Source: the human T2T-CHM13v2.0 reference genome, Homo sapiens. Taken from it: a DNA stretch of 64,000 nucleotides. Position 1 is the first letter of the stretch. The number at the start of each line of letters is the position of its first letter. The notes beneath the pieces were generated by a model. That model saw only the letters and a program-made list of their open reading frames with translations, searched no databases and was not told the origin of the DNA. A program made the position numbers and the translations under genes. The stretch lies in assembly GCF_009914755.1 (NCBI RefSeq), contig NC_060925.1. The stretch is one strand, 5' to 3'. Shown here piece after piece: positions 38,663 to 51,259 of this stretch.

Positions 38663-39111
38663 TTTCATGTGTGTCCATGTGAAGAGACAAACAGGCTTTG
38701 TGTGAGAAACATGGCTGTTTATTTCACCTGCGTGCAGGTAGGCTGAGTCCGAAAAGAGAGTCAGCGAAGGGAGATAAGGGTGGGGCCATTTTATAGGATT
38801 TGGGTAGGTAAAGGAAAATTACAGTCAAAGGGGGTTTGTTCTGTGGCGGGCAGGAGTGGGAGTCGCAAGGTGCTCAATGGGGGTGCTTTTTGAGCCAGGA
38901 TGAGCCAGGAAAAGGACTTTCACAAGGTAATGTCATCACTTAAGGCAAGGACTGGCCATTTACACTTCTTTTGTGGTGGAATGTCATCAGTTAAGGTGGG
39001 GTAGGGCATATTCACTTCTTTTGTGATTCTTCAGTTACTTCAGGCCATCTGGGCATATATGTGCAAGTCACAGGGGATGCGATGGCTTGGCTTGGGCTCA
39101 GAGGCCTGACA
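38663..39111 (-). promoter_or_regulatory. LTR7, 5' LTR (promoter) of provirus 2
   Basis: TATAAAA (plus 38789-38795), GGGTGGGG box, 4-bp U5 deletion (GAGAC----AAAC); splice donor GTAAG intact at 38509-38513. Confidence 0.93.
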
Positions 39112-39139
39112 ATTCCTACCTTTACTTCGCAGTTCCCTA

Positions 39140-39831
39140 AGTCAACTGAAGAATGGTGAGTTTCATACATTTGGAAAGGAGAGCCTTTTTTCTCATAAAG
39201 TGCTGCAGCCTTCAGAGTGTCCATTCAGACAGGTTGGGAGGCACTGCCTCCAGCCAGAAACTGGAAACATATATTTTGAGGGAGGGAAACAGAGAAAAGG
39301 AATTTATGCTGAGTGTGGCGACCAAATATTTAATAAGCTATCGAGGAGTCCTGGATGTTTATGAAAGGAGAAATATACCCGTGGGCAATTGAGATTCATG
39401 CTCCCTTATGGAATTCATGTACAAAAAAATGACCACGTTAGCATGATCTGAGTGTGTAGTTTGTGGCCCTCTGACATCAAAAGATGAAGCTGTGGACACA
39501 AAATCTCTTACTGCATGTTCATAGTTCTCCATAGACAAGCCAGAACCACTCCATGGTTGGTGATTACTTATCAGGCAAAAAAGGAGGGACAGAAAATGTA
39601 GAAGGTTTGTTGATATCAGTGGCAGAGTCTTTTGAAATGGCTTGTTTCTGTTAAGCCCATAGGGAAGAAAGCCTAATTATGGTTGGCAAGGGAGGATGTA
39701 TATCAAGGTGTATCTGATCCCCTCATGTCATGGCTGAGAACTCAGTTTTCAAGGTTACTCTGGGTTCTCTTTGGCCAAGAGAAGGTCCATTCAGTCTGTT
39801 AAGGGGCTTAGAATTTTAATTTTAGTTTATA
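39140..39831 (-). mobile_element. ERV1 solo LTR (MER39/MER93-like)
   Basis: Minus strand starts TATAAACTAAAATTAAAATTCTAAGCCCC..GACTGAATGGACC..TTGGCCAA, like the recalled TGTAAACCAAAAATAAAATTCTAAGCCCC, and ends ..TTCAGTTGAC. Confidence 0.7.
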
Positions 39832-40169
39832 CCCATATTCACTATACAATGGTTTCCCTTTATGCAAGTGCTTCTTCTGCTTCTAATTAACCTCCCATTC
39901 TTCTCATCCTCATATACTCGATTTGCTTGGCTAACCCATATATAAATGTCTAAGACATATTGAAATTCCTTTAATCTTAAGAAAGTTTCCATTGATTTTT
40001 TGCACACTTCCTCTGTGCATACAGCTTCCCAGTAGACTAAACTCTCCACTGTCATGCTTGGCTAATAACTATTTGTATTGTTTTATTATTACTCTGGCAT
40101 AATGTTTGTTAAATAACTATCTAAATGCTTACCTTGCTGCACAATGCTTTGTGTTAGAGTATGCAAAGT

Positions 40170-40950
40170 GTAGGGCCTTGTTTTCATTTCTAGGGTAACC
40201 ACTAAAAATTATTTAAAAGTGAATAATTTTAAGGCAAAAGGAAAATGGAATAAGTAAGATATATCTGAGCGGTGTGAAAGAAGAGAAGGAAGTAGAGAAA
40301 GGGTACATAAAACAGGAATAATAGACAACAAAAAATAGATCTGTATGTCATTATTTACATAAAATGTATTTGAATTCTAGATAAAAAAGAAAGATTATCA
40401 CACATGGTGAATAAAACAATATCCTACTTGTAAGAAACATATTACAAGTAAGTGCATAGAAAAATGCATAGCAATTTTGCAACTAAATGTGTGGAAGAGA
40501 TACACACTGCAAACAGTATCCCTATTCCTCCTTGTATCTCTGCAAACACACAAAATCTGGTACATTTATACTGATAACAGAAAAAAATAGACTTTAAGGA
40601 AGAAAAGTTTCAAGAGATATAGAAGGCCTTACATTATGATGAAAATAGAATATCTAACAATGAAGAATCTCTTTGCATGCAATAATATACCTTTAGAATA
40701 TATAATGAAAACACAGACAGAATTAAGAGGAGAGACATATACTTACTCCTAGAGGAAACTTTAACACACCTCTCTCAATAACTGATCAAAAAAGCAGACA
40801 ATAATTCATCAAGCATATAGAATATCTGAGGAACAAAAATAACATTGATCTAATCAACATCTATAGAATAAGACATCCAATATTGATAGCATATCCATTT
40901 CTTCAAGCATCCATGAAACACAGAAGCTGATCATCTGCCAGGCCATAGAG
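40170..40950 (+). mobile_element. Ancient L1M fragment (ORF2 5'/endonuclease region)
   Basis: Degenerate AAAATAGACTTTAAG, GGAAACTTTAACACACCTCTCTCAATAACTGAT (GDFNTPLS-like) and TTCTTCAAGCATCCATGAAACA. Confidence 0.7.
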
Positions 40951-42285
40951 GGATTAGACTAACCTTGCTTGCAAATGAAGGCCTTAGACAAACTCTAACC
41001 ATAGTCAATCATGACTGAGCAAAATCTATAAAGATTAGCTGTTCCTTTCCTGAAACCATATCCTTCAGTGTAAAAGACAGGTTACATACACTTCTCAAAG
41101 GAGTGGTAGAAATTCCCTTTTAGATTATGATCACCAGATTCTAGAAAAATGCAAAGTAAAAGAAGTGAAAAATTCTTTAGTAGTTGACAATAATGTAGGA
41201 GATAGGGCAGGACTTAATGTGTCTCAATTTCTACTGGGTCATATCTCATCTCCTTTATATTTCTATCCTGTGAGTTTGGCTTGGGTGAAGCCCTCAGAAC
41301 TAAGGGATTCTGGTTGAGGCATATTTTTTTAACTTCTTCAAATGCATTACTCTTGAGAGAGGAGACAGAATTGAACACCAGAGATATTTTTGGTGTTTAT
41401 ATTGTATTAGGGCAGAGAGAGGAGATTCCCATGTATTAATTAAAGAAAGAAAATTAAAAGTTTTCATTAAAATGTCTGGTCACAAGATCTTGATAATGAG
41501 TTGAATCAATTATACATATTTTAATTTATGATATTCTAATTAGGCTCTATTGTAATTGAAAGAAAATATTTGGTTTATTAATTAGTTATATTCACAAGAC
41601 AATCTGTATTTTTCAATATTAGAATGCTGTTGGGAAAAGTTTAGAGGAGACAGATATGCAAAACATAAATATTACTCATTATGATAAGTGAAATAATAGA
41701 AATATAATTACTTTAATTACAATTGCTATCTTATTTTTGCTCTCATTTTAATACTAGTATGGTATTCTAGTATATAGTAAATCCTAAAAAAATATTAATT
41801 TATGAACTCAACAAAATGTTATAAAAACAGAATAGTGAGTTACTACATAGCATAGAGGAACATTGTTCTTTTTCTGTATTAGAGATTTTTCATCTATAAA
41901 TATGGATTTGATATTAAATATAGGCATAGCACAATGAAGTTATTAGCCAATATTTGGTCACATTAATTCTTCATAATAGTAAGTAGCTTTAAAAGAGGTT
42001 ATGGGGTGTCCTGGAGAGTGTAAAGTTTGGGGATAGGAAAACAAACACTAATTGACACTATAACTCTAAATGTGCCCTTCCATTTTCTGGTCCCCAAGTC
42101 CTCCCATGATATAGTGAGGTCATTTGTTTTAAAGGCTTTTTAAAGTCATTTTGATAGTAAATGGCAATAAGATAAAGATAAATCACTATTAGAAAGTATG
42201 TTTGTATGTACATTTATAATATGTTCTATGTTGATAGAAATAGAGTAGATGCTTCCTGTCTTCTTAATTAAAATTATGGATTATA

Positions 42286-42326
42286 ACACACAAACACACA
42301 CACACATGCACACACACACACACACA
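42286..42326. repeat. Imperfect (CA)n microsatellite
   Basis: Read directly from the sequence. Confidence 0.85.
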
Positions 42327-45309
42327 ACCTACTATAGTATGCAATCTCTTTGATTAGCTAAATTCAACAAAGGGAAATCAGTTGTAAGCTTTCTATTTTT
42401 ACTCTTAAGAAAACTAACACCAGGTTTTCTCTTACTGAGTATAAAATAAAAGTGCCATTGTAGTAACCCAATCTTTCATAGATTTTAAAGGATTTAATAC
42501 GTATATTTGTGGCTATAATGTATTTAAAATTTTTAAAGGTTCCTAGAGCATAATAACGAAATGATCTCATTCTCTCACAAATTAAGACCAACCATACAGA
42601 TTTTTTTCTTATTATTCTTGTGTATGAAGTTAATCCTCACTGAGCTCTCATAAAGACTTCTTTAAGCCATCCAGGTGAGGGAGAAGCAGCCCTAATGAGC
42701 ATGAATCAGTGGCATTTGATCTCCACCATAGTAAAATTCCGACACGGATATAATCTTTTGCTCTTCCAAAGGCTTTTAACATGAAGAATAAAGAACTCAA
42801 AATCTCCAACATCAGCAAGCCTTTAAACTAGTTCTTTCTTCTATCCAACAGCTTACCCTCCATTATTTTGCAAAAATAAAACTACAAGTGTTTTATAGGT
42901 TTCATTTGGAGAGAATGTGGGAATTGTAGTAGAAAAGGGACCTATATTCCTTCTATTAGGGTTCCTGTTTCTTCCATTTGATCAGGGGAACTTTCCGTTC
43001 CAGAGCTTATTGAGTCAAAGTGGCAAATAGAAAGAAATGAGTTTATACCATGTGTCAGTGAAGTTACCACATAAGTGTGGATTTATATGTGAAATATTTT
43101 AGATGAATTAAGTGCTCCTTTGGGAAATATCTGGAAAGTACACACAAACACAGATGAGCCAAATGGAAACAGCGATCATAAATTAAGTACATTCTCATTA
43201 CCTTTTCACACCCCCGACTAGAAACAATAACCTCTCCTCCAATAAGCACACAGTTTCAGAAAAAAAGATTAGTGTACCCAAAGGGCAAAGCAAACAGATA
43301 TATCTTGTGGTATGTTCGAACAATTGTAAAGCTGTACCTCTGGCAAATGATGGGTGGGCGTGAATTAGAGAGGTCTAGGTGAATTATAGAGGTGGGAATC
43401 TTCCATCAAGGAGGCCCAGCTGTCTGCCTCAAGGTGCTTGACCCTGGCAAGAGAAAACAGGAGCAGTAAAGCCAGAGATGTTTGTTGCAGAGGAAATACA
43501 AGAAATAAGTGAGGGTCTTATAACTGGGGCCTGGCCAGGGTAGGAAATATATTCTACCATGAGGTCTCTTAAAGTTAAATTTAAATCTAAGTCATATTAT
43601 TAGACTGAACCTGTAATTGTATACATAATGTATTACACACACACACACACATACACGCACACTAGTGACCATAATATTGGATCTTCAGGAGACAGAATTT
43701 TTTCATCTTTTTTTTTTAAAGGGTTGATATCAAAAAGAAAGCACAGGTAATTAGAGTATCTCAGCAAACTTGAGGATTTCTCTCTGACACATACTTAGTT
43801 CTTGATGTTTTTTGGTGGCTGTTCTCATTAAATTTTGTATAACAGAAAACCTGAACAAAAGCCAGTACAGTGTTAGGGAACAATGATTCACTTTTGCACG
43901 GAAAAGGAGATTTATGGAGAAAATCACTTGTATCTGACAGTCACTGACATCAGTCCTTAGTTCATGAAAAGTGACTGGGGCCTGATAGATCCTTCTCTGT
44001 TCATCATAAAGCTAGTGTTTTTCTTGTCTCAGCAATGAGTAGAAAAAGGAATAATGATTATATTGATGTGCTAGACAAAAAAAAAAAAAACTTTTGTAAC
44101 TGAGGAAAAGTTTTTACAAATTCAACATTGAATCATTAAAAATGCAGGTTAGACAACTGAAGGTATTTCACAGAATAACATCCCTCCTTTGTTTTTTTCC
44201 TAAATAAAATGTTTATTTAAAAACAGATATTAAAAACATAAAATGTTTATAAAATAAAATTAGCCAGCACAATATTCCAAAGTAGAATGAAAAGATGTGA
44301 CTTCTTAGAAAAAACAGGCCAGTGATGTTTTAGTACTTAAAGCAAATGTACAACACTTACTGGCTCACTTAATTTCTCATTGCTAGTAGTTTTTCTTGTT
44401 AAGCAGAAGAAGAAGCTGGCCTTCTGATTGAACTACATTATTAGTATCAAAATTTGTCAGGCAGTGAATAATGCTTCTAGTATGAACCTTTAGCTTCACC
44501 AGATTAAATAAAGCTCCAAACAGTCCCAATGACTTAATCTGCTCTTAAATAGAAATTCTTTTTCCAGAAGGCTTGTATTTTTGCCTAGAATTATATCAGA
44601 CATAGTTTTACTTTGGCTGTATTAGTGATAAGACTACCTCATACCAAATAAGTAAAGGTAGTTTATTATAAAGAATAATTTTAAGTGGTATGAAAATTCC
44701 ATGAAATTTAAAGAACAGAAGCAATAGCTATAGTAGGGTCCTTATCTAGATTTTCTAAAGGTGGAAACACTACTTGATTTAATATAAGACAAGGACTTAG
44801 CAACAGTACCTGGCTAGAAAAGTGCCTTGTTGAGTGAAAAGAAATGTGAACCATCCATATGGCTCTATGTGGTCTATAGCTGTCAAAACTTGGGCTCTTT
44901 CCAAAGACTAATGCAGACTAGAGCCTAGCCTTGACCATTCCCTAGTACTCATTTCCAGAGAGGCGTTTAAAAGCCTAGGGGAACACAATAACAAGTGAAG
45001 ATTCCAACTCAAAATAAAACAGCTGAACTACCTATGAAATCTACAGCAAAAGCGTTGGAACAGATAAACCAAGAACTTAAAACAATGATGAATGCATTTA
45101 GAAAGATAAAGGATATTAGCTATTTGAAAAAATAAGATAACATTAAGTGGCTATGTTAAATATCAAAAATATAGTTTTAAAAAAGGTAACCCAATAGATA
45201 AAGATAAAATAGTAGAATGGATAAAGAAAAATAAAAAAATGATTTGGAAGATCAGTGTGAGTCTCTCCTGCAGAGAGCAACAGGACATAAATAAGACAGA
45301 AAAAACTTT

Positions 45310-45382
45310 ATACATAAATATACATAAACATCTATATATGTATATATATATACACACACACACATATATATATATATACACA
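45310..45382. repeat. Compound (TA)n(CA)n(TA)n microsatellite
   Basis: Read directly from the sequence. Confidence 0.85.
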
Positions 45383-47844
45383 AAACCAAGGGGCCATTGA
45401 ATAACATTTTAATGTTTTATTTAATAGATGTTGACCTTATCATTTATATACAGAAAATTGTTCAAGTTACTGTAATATTATAATATAATATCAGAAATGA
45501 CCATTCAGCAGATTTGTCCCCAAGACTCATAATGTATGTGTGAGGACGACTCTTAGATAGCATAGTACCAACACAGAAAAAGAAATAGAACTTTTAGACA
45601 AGCAGAATTAATCTCAGTCTATTTAAGAAAAATCGAGAAAGGAAACAAAAGGAGGCAACAATAAAAGGAAAATAATATCAGGATTAAGTCCTGATGTAAT
45701 AGCAACTACAGAAATGTATGATTTAAAGGCATTAATTGAGACATAGGTAAACATTTGTAATCAAATTAATTCACATTAAATTAAATAAATTTAACCTACA
45801 CCTATTAGGAAAAAGTATAAAGTGACATAAAGTGACACAAAAGCAGAAAAGTAGGAGTATAAAAATCCTCATGCTCTCTACAAGAAAATGTAGGCTGAGG
45901 TATCCATTCAGAAGGCATTTTGGTACTAATTATTCAAATTAAGTCAAACATACCCTGTGATCCAGCAATTCCAGTCCTAAGTGTATATCCCAGGGAAATC
46001 TTTGTACAGTATGTGAGGAGACATGTTCTAGGCTATTCATTGACTCATTACCTGTGTTCAAATGTTTGAATACTCTCAGTCTCCGTAACATATTTATGTA
46101 GGCAAAATACGATGAATGTGGACCATGTGTTCTCATACAACAATAAAAAATGGAATAGCTTTAAAACTAGCAACATGGGTAGATCTTAAAAAATACACTT
46201 AACTTTTTTTTTAATTAAGAAGAGAGAGACAATGATGCATTAAACATGTTTAATGTAAATTAAAAATACATAGCCCTAAAACATTGGCATACATTTTTCT
46301 AACAGACATTTAAATATGATAAATGCCTGGGCTATATTAGAATTGTTATCTGAGAGACAGGATGAGACAGGGGTAGGAGCATGGGAATAAAAATAAGTAA
46401 ATAAACAAACCATGAATGGAGAAGTTAATGATGGAGATACACTATGAATTTTGGGAGTATAATTAATGCAATCCTTTTCTTATCCTGTGTGTTTTTACCT
46501 CAGTTTCATGTAATTTTAAGACACATAAACATATAAATAAATATATGTGAATAAATGGTATGGCTAATAAAATGATTCCTGCTTTATGATTAAATCAGTG
46601 GTGATTTATATTGTTATCATTTTTGTTATTCTAATACTATCTACATTGAATTTGTGCTGTATTATTAATAAAAAAGTCAATTAAATGTAAAGAAAATTAA
46701 TACCAAATATAGATTAGGAGAGGAGATAATTTTCTTGAACATGTTCATTTTGAGTTGCTTGAAGACATCCAGAAAATATATATAATTGAAATTCAGAAAT
46801 ATTAGTTTGAGTCACAGAGATCTGGAGTAATTTATTTATCAGTGATCAACATCACGGGTAGTCAAGACAATTAGGTGAATGTGATAATACTGAGAGTCTG
46901 GAGGCAAAGAAAGTAATTGAATATGTATGCACCCTAAGGAATCCCAACATATAATACAAAGTAAATTAGCAAATATTATTAGATTTTACTAACAGAATTT
47001 GTCTACTTTTTTCACACCATTATATTTTTTTTATCCATACAAGCAAAACCAGATAAAGCTAAATGTTTAAAGCACGGAAGTAGCAAAGCAAGAAGGTTCT
47101 TAGGATCAGAATGGAAATGCATTGAAGTTGTTAAGATTTTGGCAAGTATGCAAAGGTTTTCAGGAGTGTGTAAAACTTAATGCTCAGTGTTGCAGGTTAC
47201 GCTCAAGGTTTCCAATTGGGTCATTAACCGGGAGCTTCCAACATAGATTTTTGATATTGCCTTTTAAAATAAGTTAAAACTAGCATTTTATAAATGAAGA
47301 GCAGTGGGAGAAAACATATTAACATGTACTTCAATTCAAGAATATGAAGACCAATACTAATAATATATTTCATTCAATTAAATTCCACAGTAATTGCATA
47401 TGTTACAAGAACCATCCATCCATATGGTGCTTATATTTGAGTCACCGGATTTTGGAATCTCAATTGCCTAAACTTTACTGCATCTGTAAAAAGTTGTTAG
47501 TGGAATCAACTCAGTGAAATTCAAGAACTTAGATTTGCACCTAAATTTATCCTTGTAAGTGTCAAACATTTAAAATCCAGTAATTATTGATGCACAGGAA
47601 TCTAAACTGTTTATGTTTTGGAGAAGGGAAAATTACATTGAGCGGAACAGACATTTCAGGAATACCTAATATGTTTCAAACAAACTGGGTCGCTATCACC
47701 ATTGTAACATTATTTCAATAAGTCTTTTATGAATGTGGTATCATTATTTCTGTTTTAGTAAGTAGAAATAAATAGATATATTTGATAGACTACCTAACAA
47801 TCCAAAGTAGCAGAGCTAATAAGTGCTGGAGCTTATTTTTAAAA

Positions 47845-49386
47845 TTGGCAATTTTCTAGAAATTAAATATTTTATAACAGCTGACAATCCGATTATTAAA
47901 TTTATTTGGAAATGTGAATAACCTAGAATAGCCAAAACAATTTTTGAAAAAGAGAAACAAAGTTAGGGGACTTAACATACCTGATTTCAGGACTTATTCT
48001 AAAACTACAGTAATCAAAAGAGAATGGTGTTGGCATAAGGATAGATAATACAAATCAACTGAGCAAAATATAAAGTTCAGAAACAGATCCACAGCCAACT
48101 GATTTTCATCAAGGTGCCCAAGTAGTTTAATAAAAGGGGTAATAATTATAACAACTGTTGCTAAAGCCATTGAATTGTTATATGGAAAAACTGAATCCCA
48201 ACTTTTATTTCATATCATAGGCAGAAATTATCTTGAAATAAAGATAGACCTAAACACAAGAACTAAATCTATAAAAGTTGTAGAAAAAATAGGAAAAAAA
48301 TTGTGTAACATTGGTTTAGGCAAAAATTCTTAGGACACAAAAAGTACGAATCTTTTACAAAAAACAATCTATATTGACATTTGACAAAATTAAAAGTACA
48401 TGCTCATCAGAAGACACTATAAAGAAAATAAAAACACAAGCTATATAGACTGAAAGACAATATTTGCAAAATATATATCTAATAAAGAACTTGCCTACAG
48501 TATTAAACATAATTTCCTATGATGCAATAATAAAACAATCAACCATATTAAAAACTGCACAAAAGACCTGAAGAGCCATGTCGCCAAAGAAGGGCTAATA
48601 AATATATGAAAAGATGCTTAACATCATTTGTTTTAGGAAAATGCAAATCAAAACATCAGTGAGATATGACTACACAACTACTGCAAAGCCTAAAATTGAA
48701 AGAATTAACAAGATAGATATTGGCAAAAAAGTGAAGCAACTATGACTTTTGCATGTTACTAGTGGGAATGCAATACTTTGGGAAACAGTTTAGTTGTTTC
48801 ACAAGAAGTTGAACACACACCTACTATATGACCCAGGATTCTCACTTTTAGATGTATACATAGAAAAATTAAAAACATATATCCACACAAAGAATTAGAC
48901 ACAAATGTTCATATCTTTATTTCCAATAGCTAAAAACTGGCAACAATTAAAATGTCATCAATTCTGAAAAAATAAACAAAGTGAGGTATATACAGACAAT
49001 GGAATACACCATTATTACTAAGTAATAAAAATAGATTCACAATCATGCAAAAACATGCATGACTCTCTAAAACATTTTGCTAACAGGAAAAAGAACAGAC
49101 ACAAAGAAACACATATTTTATTATTCCATTTATAAAATAATTTTGGAAGACGTAAAAATTGTGACAGAAATCAGAGCTGCAGTTTCAGAGACCAGTGGTT
49201 TGAGGAAGGGATTAATTGCACAATGGGGTGCAGGAACTTTGGGGGTGATACAAAAGGTTTCTACATCTCACTTTTTAAGGTAGTTACATAAATATATACA
49301 TTTGTCAAGTCATTGACTTCTACACTTAAAGTCAATGAATTATACTGTATGTAAATTACACCATAATAAAGCTGATTTTTACAAAA
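47845..49386 (+). mobile_element. Old L1 (L1MB/MC-type) ORF2 3' end and 3'UTR
   Basis: ACCTAGAATAGCCAAAACAA..CATACCTGATTTCAGGACTTATT..GGAAAATGCAAATCAAAAC..TGTATGTAAATTACACCATAATAAAGCTG. Confidence 0.85.
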
Positions 49387-51259
49387 GTCAGATTTAGCTA
49401 ATTTTGAGACCATACTAATAAGCTTGATATGGCTGTATCATTAGTCATGCCTTAAAGTATGCACAATATTTTGCATTAAATTTTAGCATTTGGGCATTGA
49501 TCTGTTGACACTCCATCTATGTATTCAGTTAGAAAATGAAGCACTCTATTTTTATTTTGAAAACACAAATGCTTTCTGATTCTGGCCTACCAGACATTTA
49601 CGTTAAATAATGTATCTAATAGTGATTTAGCACTGTTTTCTGTTGACCAGCCACAGGTAATCTTTGAAGTGAAATGAGTCAGGATATCATGGTGAAATCT
49701 TTCCAACATCAATGTTGTGCATGACACATATCTATCTAAGAATGATTTAAACTTTATTGAAAACATTATAATTCCTATACTGTGGTTTATTGTTTTAATT
49801 GATTTTTGTCATTGCTTTTGGCTAATTGACCTGAAAACTGCATCCATTATGATGAGTTATATCTGTATAAATATCAGGTAATGTGGTAGTTTATGATTTT
49901 AAAATTTGTTATTCATTGTTATAAGAATATTAGAGAAGAAAATATTGAAAATAATAGATTTTAAGAATATTTTAGTGGTCAGTCAACAGAACATTTACAT
50001 TTACTTAAATAGATATTACATTTTAATAAATACATGTGTAATTTAATACCCATATTGTTCAGAAAATAGATGGCTATCCCGTGTTTTAAATGCATATAAA
50101 ATGACTATTTCACTTTGCTAAAAGAAATATAAAAATGAATTAATATTTATTTAGTGCCTATTATTGGCCACTAATTTTAGATTCTAGTCATTCATTTATT
50201 TATTCATTAAGCAAATGTATTATGAGCCCTTACAATTTACTAGAGAATATTATGGATGCTGTGATTGCAGTAATCACACAACTTTTTACAGATGCCTGCA
50301 GTAAATATTAGGCAATTGAGATTCCAAAATCCAGTGACTCAAATATAAGCACTATATGGATGGATGGTTCTTGTAACTTATGCAATTATTGTGGAATTTA
50401 ATTAAATAAAATATATTATTAGTATTGGTCTTCATATTCTTGAACCGAAGTACATGTTAATATTTTTTCTCCCACTGCTCTGCATTTATAAAATGCTAGT
50501 TTTAACTTATTTTAAAAGGCTTCTGATCCAAGATGGTAGACTGACTATACATTTAACTATTTATGGAAGAAAGGTAGCAATGGAGGAAAACATCTTAATT
50601 GAAAATCCTGCACATAATTAGCTACTAAAATCAGCGTATATTATAGACTTCAGATATCACATAATATTCCACATCCTTCAAAGCTTTAGTGAGGCACATT
50701 GTTGTACAGAATCAGGACTACATTTAATGGTTTTCCTTGTGGTCAGCTGTGCTGTGACCATTTGGCAAAGTTGGTTAGTGAAGCTGTAAGCCAGCTTCTT
50801 AGAAGTGTCCTCATAGTGTACTTCTTTATGATTACTGAAATGTTAGAATTGCCTTAATGCCAGCTCTTTTCAAATCTCACAGATACGAGTTCTTCAGAAG
50901 CTGAACTTAGATAATGCACTGCTTTCTCATCCGGACATGATTCTCTCCATACTTCCCTCAGCCTCCATAGCCAATAGCCTCTGATTCCTGAGGTCCCCTA
51001 AACTTTGTAGGCAAACCTCTTGGTTAGATTATATCAAAGCAAATGGAACCTTCTCTGGCTCCATTTGGAACTGATGAAACACATGACCAATACAGATATA
51101 ACTACTGTGGGCTACATCATTACTCTCCACTCGATTTGTCCTGAACGTATAGCCAGAATGATCCAGGCAGGCAGCAGCCTCTTTGTTCATGTGTACCTCT
51201 AATTAAAAAGGATAAATGCCAAATTCTTCTAAGAATACTTTCAGATAGGTTTGCTCTTT

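Larger units (their letters stand above)
33308..39111 (-). mobile_element. HERV-H provirus 2 (two LTR7, ~5.8 kb common deleted form)
   Basis: LTRs at 33308-33758 and 38663-39111; exact 5-bp TSD ATTCC at 33303-33307 and 39112-39116; gag zinc knuckle, protease, RT and integrase remnants; env largely absent. Confidence 0.97.

Noticed and set aside
25952-39111. HERV-H pair as a tandem/segmental duplication or assembly artefact
   Set aside because: Different perfect TSDs, unrelated flanks, many substitutions and reciprocal indels.
50600-51240. Higher-complexity stretch as a processed pseudogene or exon
   Set aside because: No recognisable protein in the listed frames, and no poly(A)/TSD or clear splice pair.
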